Shown piece after piece: positions 32,572 through 43,343 of a stretch of DNA of 64,000 nucleotides (positions within the stretch are counted from its first letter, which is position 1; every line of letters starts with the position of its first letter). The translations under genes were made by a program, and so were the position numbers. The notes below the pieces were generated by a model. It saw only the letters and a program-made list of their open reading frames with translations, made no database searches and was not told the origin of the DNA. This DNA is from an uncultured Actinomycetes bacterium. GTDB lineage: Bacteria > Actinomycetota > Thermoleophilia > Gaiellales > F1-60-MAGs149. The stretch lies in contig CAVRMM010000002.1 in NCBI GenBank assembly GCA_963722525.1, forward strand, positions 2,985,621-3,049,620. The letters run 5' to 3'.

Positions 32572-33459
32572 TCGAACGGCCTTGTCCGCCCTACCGCCTG
32601 CGCGGATCGCTATACAGTCGATTCGGCGCTCTCGGCTGCCAACCAGCTCCTCGATCGCCGGCTCGTCGCGGATCGCATCGAAGTCCGAGTCGGTCTTCGC
32701 GAGTTCGCGCCACTCCTCCGTCAGCTCGATCGGCGTCCAGACCTCGTGTGGGGGTAGCAGACCCTTCCGGTGCGGCCGCCGATCACCACCCTCGTTGTGC
32801 CGGGCTCCTCGGCGAACGTCTCCCGGTTCACGCCGAGCAAGAGGAAGCGCCAACTTCGACGCGAGCTTCTTCAGCACCGACGACCCTCTCCTCGGCGTGA
32901 GATTGTTCCCACACCTCAGCGTAGTTCGGGAATCCGGATGCGTAAAGATGCTGCCGTAGAGATTCCGACATCGAGTCGATCAGCGGAGCCGTAGCGCGAC
33001 CGCAGCGGCCGCTCGGAGCGGCGGCCGATCGGTCCGGGTCAACGGCTGGATCTTCGAAGCCGCTGCCGCGCTGATCGGACGGTGCGCGGCGTCGTCGTCG
33101 AGGGGGCGGTCGGCACGCGCGGGGCCGGGCGGCTCCGGCTCTTCCGGTACGAGGTTCCCTGCTGGCGCGACGGTGTCATCCCCGACGGTGCTTCCCGAGA
33201 GGATCGACCGATAGTCGTTAGGGACGCAACGCGCGTCGGGATCCCGGGCGCGTGTGACGCTTCTGCGCGCCGACGTGCGTGGCTCGTGACACCTCGCCCC
33301 GCGCCCACCCGCGGAACTCCCGCGCGGAATGTGCCGGAAGTGTGAAATCCCCGCACAGAAGTGCGCCGCGATGATCGTTTGGGTGCCAGGCACCGAAACG
33401 CCCATGGAACGTGCGGACTCCGGAATCGACCCGTCCGCGGCTTCACTCCGACCCCCGGA

Positions 33460-35946
33460 TCAGCCCCGCAGGCGCTCGTTGCCCGGGTCGTAGAACGGCG
33501 TGTCGGAGACCGTGGCGGCGACCTTCTGGCCGGCGCAGTCGACCTCGAAGTCGTCGCCCGCCGGCACGTCGCCGCGCAGGTAGCCGAGGCCGCACGCTGC
33601 GCCGAGCGTGTGGCCGTAGGAGCCCGACGTCATGCGGCCGACGATCTCGCCGCCGGCGAGCAGCGACTCGCCGTGCAGCAGCAGCGGCTCCGGATCGTGC
33701 AGCCGGACGAACACCTGGCGGCGGTCCGGCGCCCGGTCGGCCTGGGCCGCGATCGCCTCGCGGCCGGTGAAGCCACCGGGCTTGTCGAGCGCCACGGTGA
33801 ACGCGAGACCTGCCTGGTACGGGTCGTCGACCGGTCCGACGTCGTGGCCGAGGTGGCGGTAGCCCTTCTCCGACCGCAGCGAGTCGAGCGCGTGGTAGCC
33901 GGCGTGCCGCAGCCCGAGGCCGGCTCCCGCCTCGACGACCGCGTCGTAGAGGCTCACCGCCAGGTCGGCCGGCGGGTAGAGCTCGTAGCCGAGCTCGCCG
34001 ACGAACGAGACGCGCAGGCACAGCGCGTAGCCGTCGCCCACCTCGATCTCGGCCGAGCGGCCCCAGGGCAGCGCTGCGTTCGACAGGTCGGACGGGCTGA
34101 TCCGGCCCAGCAGCTCGCGCGCGGACGGCCCCATCACGCCGATGGTCGCGAGACCGGCCGTGGCATCGAACGTCGCGGCCGCCAACCCTCGCGCCGCGCG
34201 CCGGAAGAAGGCCAGCGTCTTCTGGTGCGACACGGTCGGCGTGATCACGAGGAAGCGGTCCTCGGCCAGGCGCGTGACGGTGCCGTCGATCTCGATGCCG
34301 CCGCCGCGCGTTGAGCATCAGCGTGTAGACGACCCGGCCGACGCGGACGTCGAGGTCCTGCGTGCAGACCTGCTGCACCACCCGCAGCGCGTCGGGGCCC
34401 GCCACCTCGACCTTCGTGAACGTCGACAGGTCGAACAGCGCCGCCGCCTCGCGCGCCGCGCGGTGCTCGCCGGCGACGTGCTCGAACCAGTTCTGGCGGC
34501 CGTAGCTGTAGGCGTACTCGCGCGGCGTGCCGGCCGGCGCGTACCAGTTCGCGCGCTCGTAGCCGACCGTCTCGCCGAACACCGCGCCGGCGGCCTCGAC
34601 CCGGTCGTGCAGCGGCGTGCGGCGGACGTTGCGCGCCGTGCGCGGCTGCAGGTGCGGCCAGTGCATGGCGTACAGCCGGCCGAGGCCCTCCGTCGTGCGG
34701 GCGTGCAGGTAGCGGCGGTTCGACTGCTGCTTCGCGAACCGCTGCACGTCGAGGCCGGGCACGTCGCGGGTCGGCGAGCCCGCCACGATCCACTCCGCCA
34801 GCGCGCGGCCGGCGCCGGGCGCGTAGATGATGCCCTGGCTGTTGAAGCCGGCGGCCACGTAGAGGCCCTCCACGGCGCCCGTCTCGCCGATGCAGAACGC
34901 CGCGTCGGGCGTGAACGACTCGGGCGCGTTCAGGAACTTCGCGTACTCGACGCCGCGCAGCGCCGGGATGCGCTCCTCGGCCAGCTTCCGGACGGGCGCG
35001 AAGTGCTCCCAGTCGGGCTCCAGCTCGCCGAACGAGAAGCCCGCCGGCAGCGACGCGCGGATCGAGCGGCTTGCCGTCGGGCTCGAACGCGCCGACCAGC
35101 AGCGCACCGCCTGCGTGCCGCACGTAGAAGTACGCGTCGAGGTCGCGGATCACCGGCAGGTCGATCGTCGCGCCGTCGATCGGCGCCGTGCGCACGTGCA
35201 CGTGCGCCGCCGGCCAGAGCGGCACCGACGCGCCCGCCGACCGCGGCCAGGTCGCGCGTCCACAGGCCGCACGCCAGCACGACGCGCTCGCACTCCACGG
35301 TGCCCTGCGCCGTCACCACCGCCGTCACGCGGCCGCCGGCCTGCTCGAACCCGGTCACCTCCACGCCCTCGCGGAACGTGACGCCGCGCGCGTGCGCGCC
35401 CGTGGCGAGCGCGAGGGCCGCGAGGCCCGGGTTCACGTGCCCGTCCTCCGGCTGGTAGATGCCCTCCGACGAGGCCGTCGGCGACGGCCAGCGCCGAACA
35501 GCTCGGGCACGCGCTCGGGATCGATCATCTCGGCCGGGACGCCCGTGTGGCGGCAGACGCCGGCCAGGTAGCGCAGCTCGTCCAGCCGCCCCGGCGTGCG
35601 GGCGAGCGTGATCGATCCCGGCTGCACGAGGTTGACGTCGACGCCGGTCTCCGCCGGCAACGCGCCGTAGAGGTCGACGCCGTAGGAGGCCAGCTCGGTC
35701 AGCACGTGGGTTGCGCGCCCGCGCACGACAAGGCCCGGCCGCGTGCCACGACGTGCCCGACGCGACCGCGCCCCGCTCCAGCACCAGCACGTCGCGCTCG
35801 CCCAGCAGCGCCAGGTGGTACGCCACGCTGGCACCGACGATGCCGGCGCCGACCACGACCGTGCGCGCCCGCGCCGGCAGGGCGCCGCCCCGCGCCGCGG
35901 GGTCGAACGAGGTCGCCGTCAGGTCGCGCTCGAGCAGCCGTTCCAC
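33460..35946 (-). CDS. GcvT-family FAD oxidoreductase (sarcosine/dimethylglycine dehydrogenase-like; frameshifted)
   Basis: VVGAGIVG, SGTSWHAAG, PESFTPD, RRTPLH, YERANWY, DLSTFTK, SFVGELGYE, LRSEKGYR, PFYDP. Confidence 0.9.
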
Positions 35947-35967
35947 GCGGGAAGCGTTACAGAGTGC

Positions 35968-36936
35968 TCAGACCCGCGGGGCGCCCGTCGTCTCGGCGCA
36001 CCAGCGCCAGAGGCGCTCGGCCTCGAGCTCCTCGTCCGCCCGGCGCGTCCACGGCACCTTGTGCGTGGCGCGGGGACGCCGGTCGAGCAGGAACCGGCCG
36101 CGGATCGCCGCCGCCTCGGGTGCGGCTGCCAGCCAGGCGGTCGTGTCGATGCCCTCGGGCGCGGTGCGCAGCAGCGGACCGATCACCCGGCTGAAGCCGG
36201 GCAGCGCGTCGCGGATGCCGGGCGTGTCGCACCACCCCGGGTGCATCGCGTTCACCGCCACCGGCCGGTCGAGCAGTCGGCGCGCCCACTCGCGGGCCAG
36301 CGTCACCTGGGCGCGCTTCGCCCGCGCGTAGACCTTCACCCCGTCGTAGCCCTCGGGCATCGCCAGACCGGCGACATCGAGGCGCTCGCCGTACATACCG
36401 CCCGAGGCGACGAGGATCACCCGCCCCGTGGTCGGCGCGGCCTCCAGGCGCGGCAGCAGCAGCGACGTCATCAGGAACGGCGACAGCACGTGCGTTGCGA
36501 TCGTTGTTTCATTGCCTTCTTCTGTCAACGTTCGCTCGGCGAGTAATGCTCCAGCGTTGTGCACCAGTACGTCGAGCCGTTCGTGCTGCGCCGCGTAGGT
36601 CTCGGCGAACGCCCGTGCGTCCGCCAGCAGCGACAGGTCGGCGAGGCCCGCTTCGATCGCCGCGCCGGTCTCCCGCTCCAGGCGCACGCGCGCCGTCTCC
36701 GTGCGCTCGGCGTCACGCCCGACGATGCAGACCGACGCGCCCAGGCGGGCCAGCGTCCGCGCCGTCTCGAATCCGAGGCCCGATGTCGCGCCGGTGACGA
36801 TGGCCGTGCGGCCCGTCAGGTCGTGGGAATCGCAGGCGGGCCACCGGTAGAGCCGGCGACGCGCGTGGTAACCGATCCGTGTGAACGAGCCGACGACGGT
36901 CGCCTCGAGGACCGCGTCGACGGCGCGCGCGATCAC
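35968..36936 (-). CDS. SDR oxidoreductase (DHRS12-like)
   Basis: VTGATSGLG, LVHNAG, SGGMY, YARAK, MHPGWCDTPG. Confidence 0.9.
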   Translation of the reverse strand: MIARAVDAVLEATVVGSFTRIGYHARRRLYRWPACDSHDLTGRTAIVTGATSGLGFETARTLARLGASVCIVGRDAERTETARVRLERETGAAIEAGLADLSLLADARAFAETYAAQHERLDVLVHNAGALLAERTLTEEGNETTIATHVLSPFLMTSLLLPRLEAAPTTGRVILVASGGMYGERLDVAGLAMPEGYDGVKVYARAKRAQVTLAREWARRLLDRPVAVNAMHPGWCDTPGIRDALPGFSRVIGPLLRTAPEGIDTTAWLAAAPEAAAIRGRFLLDRRPRATHKVPWTRRADEELEAERLWRWCAETTGAPRV

Positions 36937-37358
36937 AGGACCTCGCGCAGTCGCGCCTCGGCCTTCCGTCCCACGCGGTCGAACGCGAGCTGCATGAGCG
37001 GATCGGCCAGCCGGCCGAGGCCGCTGAACTCGAGCAGCGCGTCGTACGTGACCCGCGACTGCTCGCCGGCGGCCTCGACCGTGATCGTGTCGGTCGAGAC
37101 GAAGCCCTTGCTGCGCGCCTCCAGCACGACCTGGTGATCGGGCTCGTAGCGGACGATGGTGTACGTCAGCCTCACGAGGCGGGGCCCGAACCGCGACACG
37201 ACGGAGAACGACGTGCCGACGCCGAGCGGCTCGCCGCCGATGCGGGTCGCCTCGGTGACACTCGGATCCCACTGCTCGGCGTTCTCGAACGCCGCCATGT
37301 AGGCGAACGCGTCGGCCTGGGTGCGGAGGGAGTCGACGGTGGTGGTGAAACGGGCCAC
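36933..37358 (-). CDS. SRPBCC/START-like ligand-binding protein
   Basis: AFAY.A.FEN..QWDP, D.ITV, VTYDA.L; about 140 aa. Confidence 0.8.
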   Translation of the reverse strand: MARFTTTVDSLRTQADAFAYMAAFENAEQWDPSVTEATRIGGEPLGVGTSFSVVSRFGPRLVRLTYTIVRYEPDHQVVLEARSKGFVSTDTITVEAAGEQSRVTYDALLEFSGLGRLADPLMQLAFDRVGRKAEARLREVL

Positions 37359-37819
37359 TACAGAGGTGTTCGCGCGGCGACCGCATGTGGATCGAGCAGC
37401 TCGAGTTCGCCCGCCGCGACGTCCTCGCCGCAGCGCTGGCAGCGCCACGCCGTCGGCGGCACCCGGCCGCCGCACTCCACGTGGTACGCCAGGTAGTCGG
37501 GCTCCGGCCGGCCCAGCTGGTCGATGCCGAAGCGGCCGAGCGTGATCACGATCGGCGCCAGGGCGTGCCCCCGTGCGGTCAGGTGGTACGCGGCCCGCAG
37601 CGGCCGGTCGGAGTACACCTCGCGGGTCACGATGCCCTGGTCCTCCATGCGGCGCAGCCGTCCCGACAGCAGGTTCGGGGCGATGGGCCCGAGCGAGCGC
37701 TGCAGGTCGGCGTAGCGGTTGATGCCGCGCAGCAGGTCGCGAACGATCAGCAGCGTCCAGCGATCGCCGAACGCGTCGAGGGTGGCGGCGACGGGGCAGT
37801 CGGTCGGGTAGGTGGACAC
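37358..37819 (-). CDS. HxlR-family winged-helix regulator with C-terminal H..CG/C..CG motif
   Basis: CPVA.TL...GDRWTLLIVRDL, LS.RL..M...GIV, Y.LT.RG. Confidence 0.92.
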   Translation of the reverse strand: MSTYPTDCPVAATLDAFGDRWTLLIVRDLLRGINRYADLQRSLGPIAPNLLSGRLRRMEDQGIVTREVYSDRPLRAAYHLTARGHALAPIVITLGRFGIDQLGRPEPDYLAYHVECGGRVPPTAWRCQRCGEDVAAGELELLDPHAVAARTPL

Positions 37820-37841
37820 GGAGGAAGTTTATCTCCTATAG

Positions 37842-37862
37842 TCACTAGACATTTTGTAGTGA
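37842..37862. promoter_or_regulatory. Candidate operator TCACTA-N9-TAGTGA between divergent hxlR and aminotransferase
   Basis: Inverted repeat in a 60-nt AT-rich divergent spacer. Confidence 0.5.
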
Positions 37863-37879
37863 GTCCGAGAGGAGGGCGA

Positions 37880-38732
37880 GTGATCGCCTACGTGGACGGA
37901 ACCTGGAGCGCGAGCGACGAGGCGAGGATCTCGGTCCTCGACCACGGCCTCCTCTACGGCGACGGCGTCTTCGAGGGCATCCGCTTCTATCGCGGCCAGG
38001 CCTTCCTGCTGGACGCCCACCTGACCCGGCTCGAGGCCTCGGCCCGCGCGCTCGCGCTCGATCTCCCCCTCGCCCGCGCCGAGACGGCGGCGGTTGTGAC
38101 GGAGGCGATCGAGCGCACCGGCCTCACCGACGGCTACATCCGGCTCGTCGTCACGCGCGGCGTCGGCGCGCTCGGCGTCTCGCCGCACACCTGTGGGCGC
38201 CCGTCGGTGGTCGTGATCGCGGCCCCGCTCGCGATCTACCCCGCCGAGCGCCTACCGCGACGGCGTCGTGGTCGTCACGTCGAGCCTGCGACGCTCTGCC
38301 TCCGACGCGTTGCCGCCGCAGGTGAAGACCCTCAACTACCTGACCTCGGTGCTGGCCGCGATCGAGTGCCGCCGGCAGGGTGCTCACGAGGCGCTGCTGC
38401 TGAACGCGCAGGGCCTGATCGCGGAGTGCACGGCCGACAACGTCTTCCTCGTCTCGGGCGGGGTCGTGCGGACGCCGTCGATCGCCCACGGCGCGCTGGC
38501 GGGCATCACCCGCCGGCTCGTCGTCGACCTGGCGCGCGACGAGGGCATCGCGATCGTCGAGGCCGAGCTGACCGTCGCCGACGCGTGGACGGCGGACGAG
38601 ATCTTCCTCACCGGCACCGGCGCCGAGATCGTTCCGGTGCGGGAGCTGGACGGCCGCGCCATCGGCGCTGCGGGCCGCCCGGTGACCGACGCCGTGCGCA
38701 CGGCCTTCCGCCGGTACATCGACGCCCTGTAG
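37880..38732 (+). CDS. ilvE: Branched-chain amino acid aminotransferase, class IV (frameshift near 38255)
   Basis: ISVLDHGLLYGDGVFEGIR, YIRLVVTRG, VKTLNYL, AECTADNVF, L.GITR, FLTGTGAEI. Confidence 0.88.
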
Positions 38733-38744
38733 CCTTTCCCGGCG

Positions 38745-40220
38745 ATGACGCCGATCGACGTGCCGGAGCGGTTCTCGCTCGCAGACCTCTGCTGCGACCG
38801 GCATCCGCCCGACTCGACGGCGATCATCGAGGATCGTGGCGCGCTCGTCACCTACGGCGAGCTGCGCCGGCTGTCCGAGGCCATCGCCGGCGGCCTGGCG
38901 GCGCGCGGCATCGGCCACGGCGACCGCGTCGCGGTGACGCTGCCGCAGGGTGCGCTCTGCCTGGGCGCGCATCTCGGCATCCTGCGGCTCGGCGCGATCA
39001 GCGTGCCGATCGCCGGCGTGTTCGGCGAGGAGGCGCGGCGGTACCGCGTCGGCGACTCCGGCGCCGCGGTCTACATCGACTCGGCCCAGGCGGCGCACGC
39101 GCTGCTGGCGGCGGCGCCGTGGTCGGGCGCCGAGGTGATGCACCGCGACGAGCCCGCGTTCATCTTCTACACGTCGGGCACCACCGGCACGCCCAAGGGC
39201 GCGGTGCTGCCGCAGCGCGTCGTCCACGGCCACGTGCCGGGGTTCCGGACGGTGTTCGACGACGGCCCGCTGCCGGGCGACGTCTTCTGGACGCCGTCGG
39301 ACTGGTCATGGATCGGGGCGCTCGGCGAGGTGGCGCTGCCGGTTTGCTTCCACGGCTTCCCGCTGGTCGCGACGGCCGAGCGGTTCAGCGTCGCGATGGC
39401 CTACCGCGTGCTCGCCGAGCACGGCATCACCTGCCCGTTCCTGGCGCCCGCGGTGATCAGGCGCATGCGCGCCGACCCGCCGCCCGATCCGTCGCTGTTC
39501 CGGCTGCGGGCCGTGATGACGGGCGGCGAGGCGCTCGCGCCCGAGGCGCGCGCCTTCATGGAGCAGACCTTCGGCTGCGCGCTCAACGACATCTTCGGCC
39601 AGACCGAGGCCAACCATCTCGCCGCCGGCTGCGCCTCGCGCTTCGCCACGCCCTCCGGCGCCATCGGCCGGCCCGTGCCGGGTCGCCGCATCGCGATCCT
39701 CGACCGCGACGGCACCGAGCTGCCGCCGGGCAGCTCCGGCGAGATCGCGCTGGCCGCCGACGACCCGATCGTGATGCTCGGCTACTGGGGCCGCCCCGAC
39801 CTGACCGCCCGGAAGGTGGTCGGCGGCTGGGTGCGGCTCGGCGATCGGGGCCTGCTCGACGCCGACGGGTTCCTGCGGTTCGAGGGGCGGCTCGACGACC
39901 TGATCAAGGTGTCGGGCATCCAGGTCGGCGCGGAGGAGGTCGAGGGCGCGCTTCTCGGGCACCCGGCCGTCGCCGAAGCCGGTGTCTGCGCCGTGCGGCG
40001 GCCGGATGGCGGTGGCGACACGGTGGCCGCGTTCGTCCGGACACGTCCCGGCGCGACCGTCGACCCGGACGAGCTGCGCGACCTCGTCCGGCAGCGCATC
40101 GGCCCGCACGCGGCGCCCAAGGTGGTGGAGTTCGTCGACGCGTTCCCGACCACCTCTTCGGGCAAGATCCAGCGCCGCGAGCTGCGCCGGCTCTACGAGG
40201 GCGACGGCGCCGCTACGTGA
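38745..40220 (+). CDS. AMP-dependent acyl-CoA synthetase
   Basis: YTSGTTGTPKG, GGEAL, FGQTEAN, GD, GR.DDLIK, TSSGKI.R. Confidence 0.92.
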   Translation: MTPIDVPERFSLADLCCDRHPPDSTAIIEDRGALVTYGELRRLSEAIAGGLAARGIGHGDRVAVTLPQGALCLGAHLGILRLGAISVPIAGVFGEEARRYRVGDSGAAVYIDSAQAAHALLAAAPWSGAEVMHRDEPAFIFYTSGTTGTPKGAVLPQRVVHGHVPGFRTVFDDGPLPGDVFWTPSDWSWIGALGEVALPVCFHGFPLVATAERFSVAMAYRVLAEHGITCPFLAPAVIRRMRADPPPDPSLFRLRAVMTGGEALAPEARAFMEQTFGCALNDIFGQTEANHLAAGCASRFATPSGAIGRPVPGRRIAILDRDGTELPPGSSGEIALAADDPIVMLGYWGRPDLTARKVVGGWVRLGDRGLLDADGFLRFEGRLDDLIKVSGIQVGAEEVEGALLGHPAVAEAGVCAVRRPDGGGDTVAAFVRTRPGATVDPDELRDLVRQRIGPHAAPKVVEFVDAFPTTSSGKIQRRELRRLYEGDGAAT

Positions 40221-41019
40221 GGCGCAGGTCGACCATGTCACCGCGCGTGATGTCGCAGATGTCGATGATCGACCCGGAGTTCATGGCCAGCGCGGCCCAC
40301 CCGGACGAGTCGTCGAACACCACCATCTCGCCGACGCGGACGTCGGCGAACGTGCGCGCCCGGAGGGCGTAGTACCGGCCCGCGCCGGCGGAGATCTCGA
40401 TGCGGGAGCCCGGCGCGAAGCCGTGCTGCTCCAGGTCGGAGCCGCGCACGGACAGCGCCACGTTGCCGAACCGGTCGATCGCCATCGCCGTCGCGCGGAC
40501 GTGCCCCGGGTCGAGCTGCGACGGCGGCAGCTCGATCTGGACGAGCGTCCCCGGGTCGATCGGCGGCCCCACCTCGGCCACCGCGACGCCGGCCGCCAGG
40601 TGCGCCGCCACCGGGGCGAACACGTCGCGGCCGTGGAAGGTGCGCGAGACCGGCTCCAGGAACAGCGCGGGGTTGGCGATCTCGTACGCCGCCGCGATGC
40701 CGCCGACCTCCTCCGCGGCGAACGCGAGCAGGCCGTTATCGGGCCCGACCAGCAGGCGGCCGTCGACCGTCTCGACGACGACGGCGCGGCGCACCGAGCC
40801 GACGCCGGGATCGACCACGGCCACGTGGACGCCGACCGGCGCGTACGGCAGGGCGTGCGCCAGCGCCAGCGCGCCCTGCAGCACGGCCTGCGGCTCGATG
40901 CCGTGCGTCAGGTGCACGACCCGCGCGTCCGGGGCGATCCCGGCGATCACCGCCTCCATCACGCCCGCGTACTCGTCGCGGAGGCCGAAATCGGAGAGCA
41001 ACGTGACGACGCGCGGCAT
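40213..41019 (-). CDS. DUF62 SAM hydroxide adenosyltransferase (chlorinase/fluorinase family)
   Basis: TLLSDFG..D.Y, VVDPGVGS.RR, GPDNGLL, SRTFHGRDVFAP, IDRFGN. Confidence 0.9.
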   Translation of the reverse strand: MPRVVTLLSDFGLRDEYAGVMEAVIAGIAPDARVVHLTHGIEPQAVLQGALALAHALPYAPVGVHVAVVDPGVGSVRRAVVVETVDGRLLVGPDNGLLAFAAEEVGGIAAAYEIANPALFLEPVSRTFHGRDVFAPVAAHLAAGVAVAEVGPPIDPGTLVQIELPPSQLDPGHVRATAMAIDRFGNVALSVRGSDLEQHGFAPGSRIEISAGAGRYYALRARTFADVRVGEMVVFDDSSGWAALAMNSGSIIDICDITRGDMVDLRLT

Positions 41020-41078
41020 GCCGGGATGGTACGCCCTCCCGTGCGGGCCGGGTGCTCGCCCGGCCCGCACGGGGTGGC

Positions 41079-41836
41079 TCAGGCGGTGTAGGTGAAGACG
41101 ACCGTCACGGTCGCGCCGATCTCCTGCGTGCCCGGGCTGATCGGCACCGGGCCCGCGGCGGCGTCGGCCGACGCCTTCTCCGCCCCGGCCGCGAACATCG
41201 GCGCCGGGCCGGCGCCGCCCTGGTCGTCGACCGACACCACGCCGCCGACCTTGACGCCCATCTGCGCGGCGGCCGCCTCGGCCTTGGCGCGGGCGTCCTC
41301 GATCGCCTGCCGCAGCGCCGACGCGTACGCGGCGCGCGAGTCGTCGACCGAGAACGACGGGCCGCCGACGCCGTCGGCGCCCGCCTCGTTGGCGGCCGTG
41401 AGCAGCTTGCCGGCGTCGTCGATCTTGCGGACCTTCACGTTCAGCGACAGCTCGGCGCGCCACTTCTTCGAGTCGAAGTCCTGGTAGGTGGACGAGTTGT
41501 TCGTGGTCATGTCGGCCTCGGCCACGCCCAGCTCCTTCAGCCGCGCCTGCACCTTCGTCATCTTCTTGGAGGCCGCGTCGAGGGCGTCGGCCGACGACGG
41601 CGGCGGTGGCGACGGTCGAGACGTAGATCTCCGCCGTGTCGGGCTGGACGGTGACGCTCCCGAAGCCGGAGAAGCGCAGGTACGGGACGAGGGCGCCGGG
41701 GTCGGTCGCGGCGGGCGCCGCCTGGGCGGGCGGCGGCGCGCCGGGCGTGTTCGCGCTGGGCTTCAGGGCCAGCACGCCGGCGATCAGCGCGGCGCCGCCG
41801 AGCACGGCGAGCGGTAGACGGTAGAGACGGTCGCAT
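41079..41836 (-). CDS. SIMPL (DUF541) domain protein (frameshift near 41600)
   Basis: G.G.VTVQPDTA.I, AIEDARAKAE..A..MGV..G.V, PISPG.QEI.ATVTV.F. Confidence 0.85.
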
Positions 41837-41890
41837 CGGGGGCCTCCAGGGGCGGCGGATCGTGACGTTCCCTGTGACGGCTGCGACGCG

Positions 41891-43343
41891 CTACCGGTTC
41901 CCGGCGGCCTCGATGACGGCGGCGACGAGGCCGTCGAGGTCGTGATCCTGCGCCTCGGCGACGATCGGGACGCCGAGCTCGCGCATGGTCGCCGACGTGA
42001 CGGGACCGATCGAGACGCCGCGCACCGCGCTCAGGTCGTGCCCTGCGAACGCGGCGTGGAAGAAGCGCACGGTCGACGACGACGTGAACGTCACGAGGTC
42101 GGCCGCGAGGGGATCGCCGCCATCCGGGACCTCGGCCACGGTGCGGTACAGCGGTGTCACGTCGACGGTCGCGGCGCCGCCGTCACGCAGGCCGTCGGGC
42201 AGCGTGTCGCGCGCCTCCTCGGCCCGGGCCACCAGCACGCGCCGCCCGGCGACGCGGCCCGCCAGCGCCTCCAGCAGGCCCTCCGCCACTGCCCGCTCGG
42301 CGACGATGTCGGGCAGGATGCCGACCGCGCGGATCGCCGCCGCCGTGCCGGGGCCGATCGCCGCGACCTCGACGCCGGCCAGCAGGCGGGCGTCGCCGCC
42401 GATGCGTTCCAGCAGCAGCGCCGGCGCGTTCGGGCTGGTGAGGCAGACGAGGTCGTAGGCGGAGGCGTCGATGGGCGCTCCGGCGATCGGCTCGATGCGG
42501 ATCACCGGCGCCTGGACGACGCCGGCACCGAGGTCGCGCAGCCGGCGCACCAGATCCGACGCCTGCGTGCGCGCCCGCGTGACGGCCACCGTCACGCCGT
42601 GCAGCGGCCGGCGCTCCGCCCACGCGATGCCCTCGCGCAGGCCGGCGACCGGGCCCACCACGGTGATCGCGGGCGGCCGCACGTCGGCCGCGTCGTCGGC
42701 GATGGTCGCGAGCGTGCCGGTGACGGCCTGCTGCCGCGGTGTCGTGCCCCGCGCGATCACGGCGGTGGGGGTGTCGGCGGGACGGCCGCCGGCGATCAGC
42801 CGCGCCGAGATGTCGCGCAGTCCGCCGACGCCCATCAGGATCACGAGCGTGCCGCCGGCGCGCGCCAGCGCCTCCCAGTCGATGTCGTCTCGGCCCTTCG
42901 CCGGGTCCTCGTGCCCGGTGACGACGGTGAAGTGCGTCGCCAGGCCGCGGTGGGTGACCGGGATGCCTGCGTAGGCCGGTACGGCGACGGCCGACGTGAT
43001 GCCCGGCACCACCTCGTACTCGATGCCCGCGGCGCGCAGCGCCTCGGCCTCCTCCGAGCCGCGGCCGAACACGAACGGGTCGCCGCCCTTCAGGCGCACG
43101 ATGCGGCCGCCGCCGGCGCCCTTCTCCACCAGGCACGCGTTGATCTGGTCCTGCGACATCGCGTGGCTCGACGGCCCCTTGCCGGCGTAGATGCGCTCGC
43201 ACGCGCCGGGAGCCTCGGCGACGAGCTCGGGCGCCGCCAGCCGGTCGTAGACGAGCACGTCGGCGCGTGCGCACCAGGTCGAGGCCGCGGACGGTGATCA
43301 GGCCCGGATCGCCGGGGCCGGCACCGACCAGGTAGACGGTCAC
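41891..43343 (-). CDS. cobA: Uroporphyrinogen-III C-methyltransferase/synthase fusion CobA-HemD (frameshift near 43265)
   Basis: VYLVGAGPGDPGLITVRG, RLKGGDPFVFGRG.EE, VPGITS; HemD half VTRA..QA, TSPN, FTSSSTV, SIGPVT. Confidence 0.92.

Noticed and set aside
29940-33450. Intact integrative element at tRNA-Phe
   Set aside because: No integrase and no att-like duplication of the tRNA 3' end seen
40213-41019. Fluorinase/chlorinase
   Set aside because: Has the common DUF62 TFHGRD signature and no biosynthetic cluster context; SAM hydrolase is more likely
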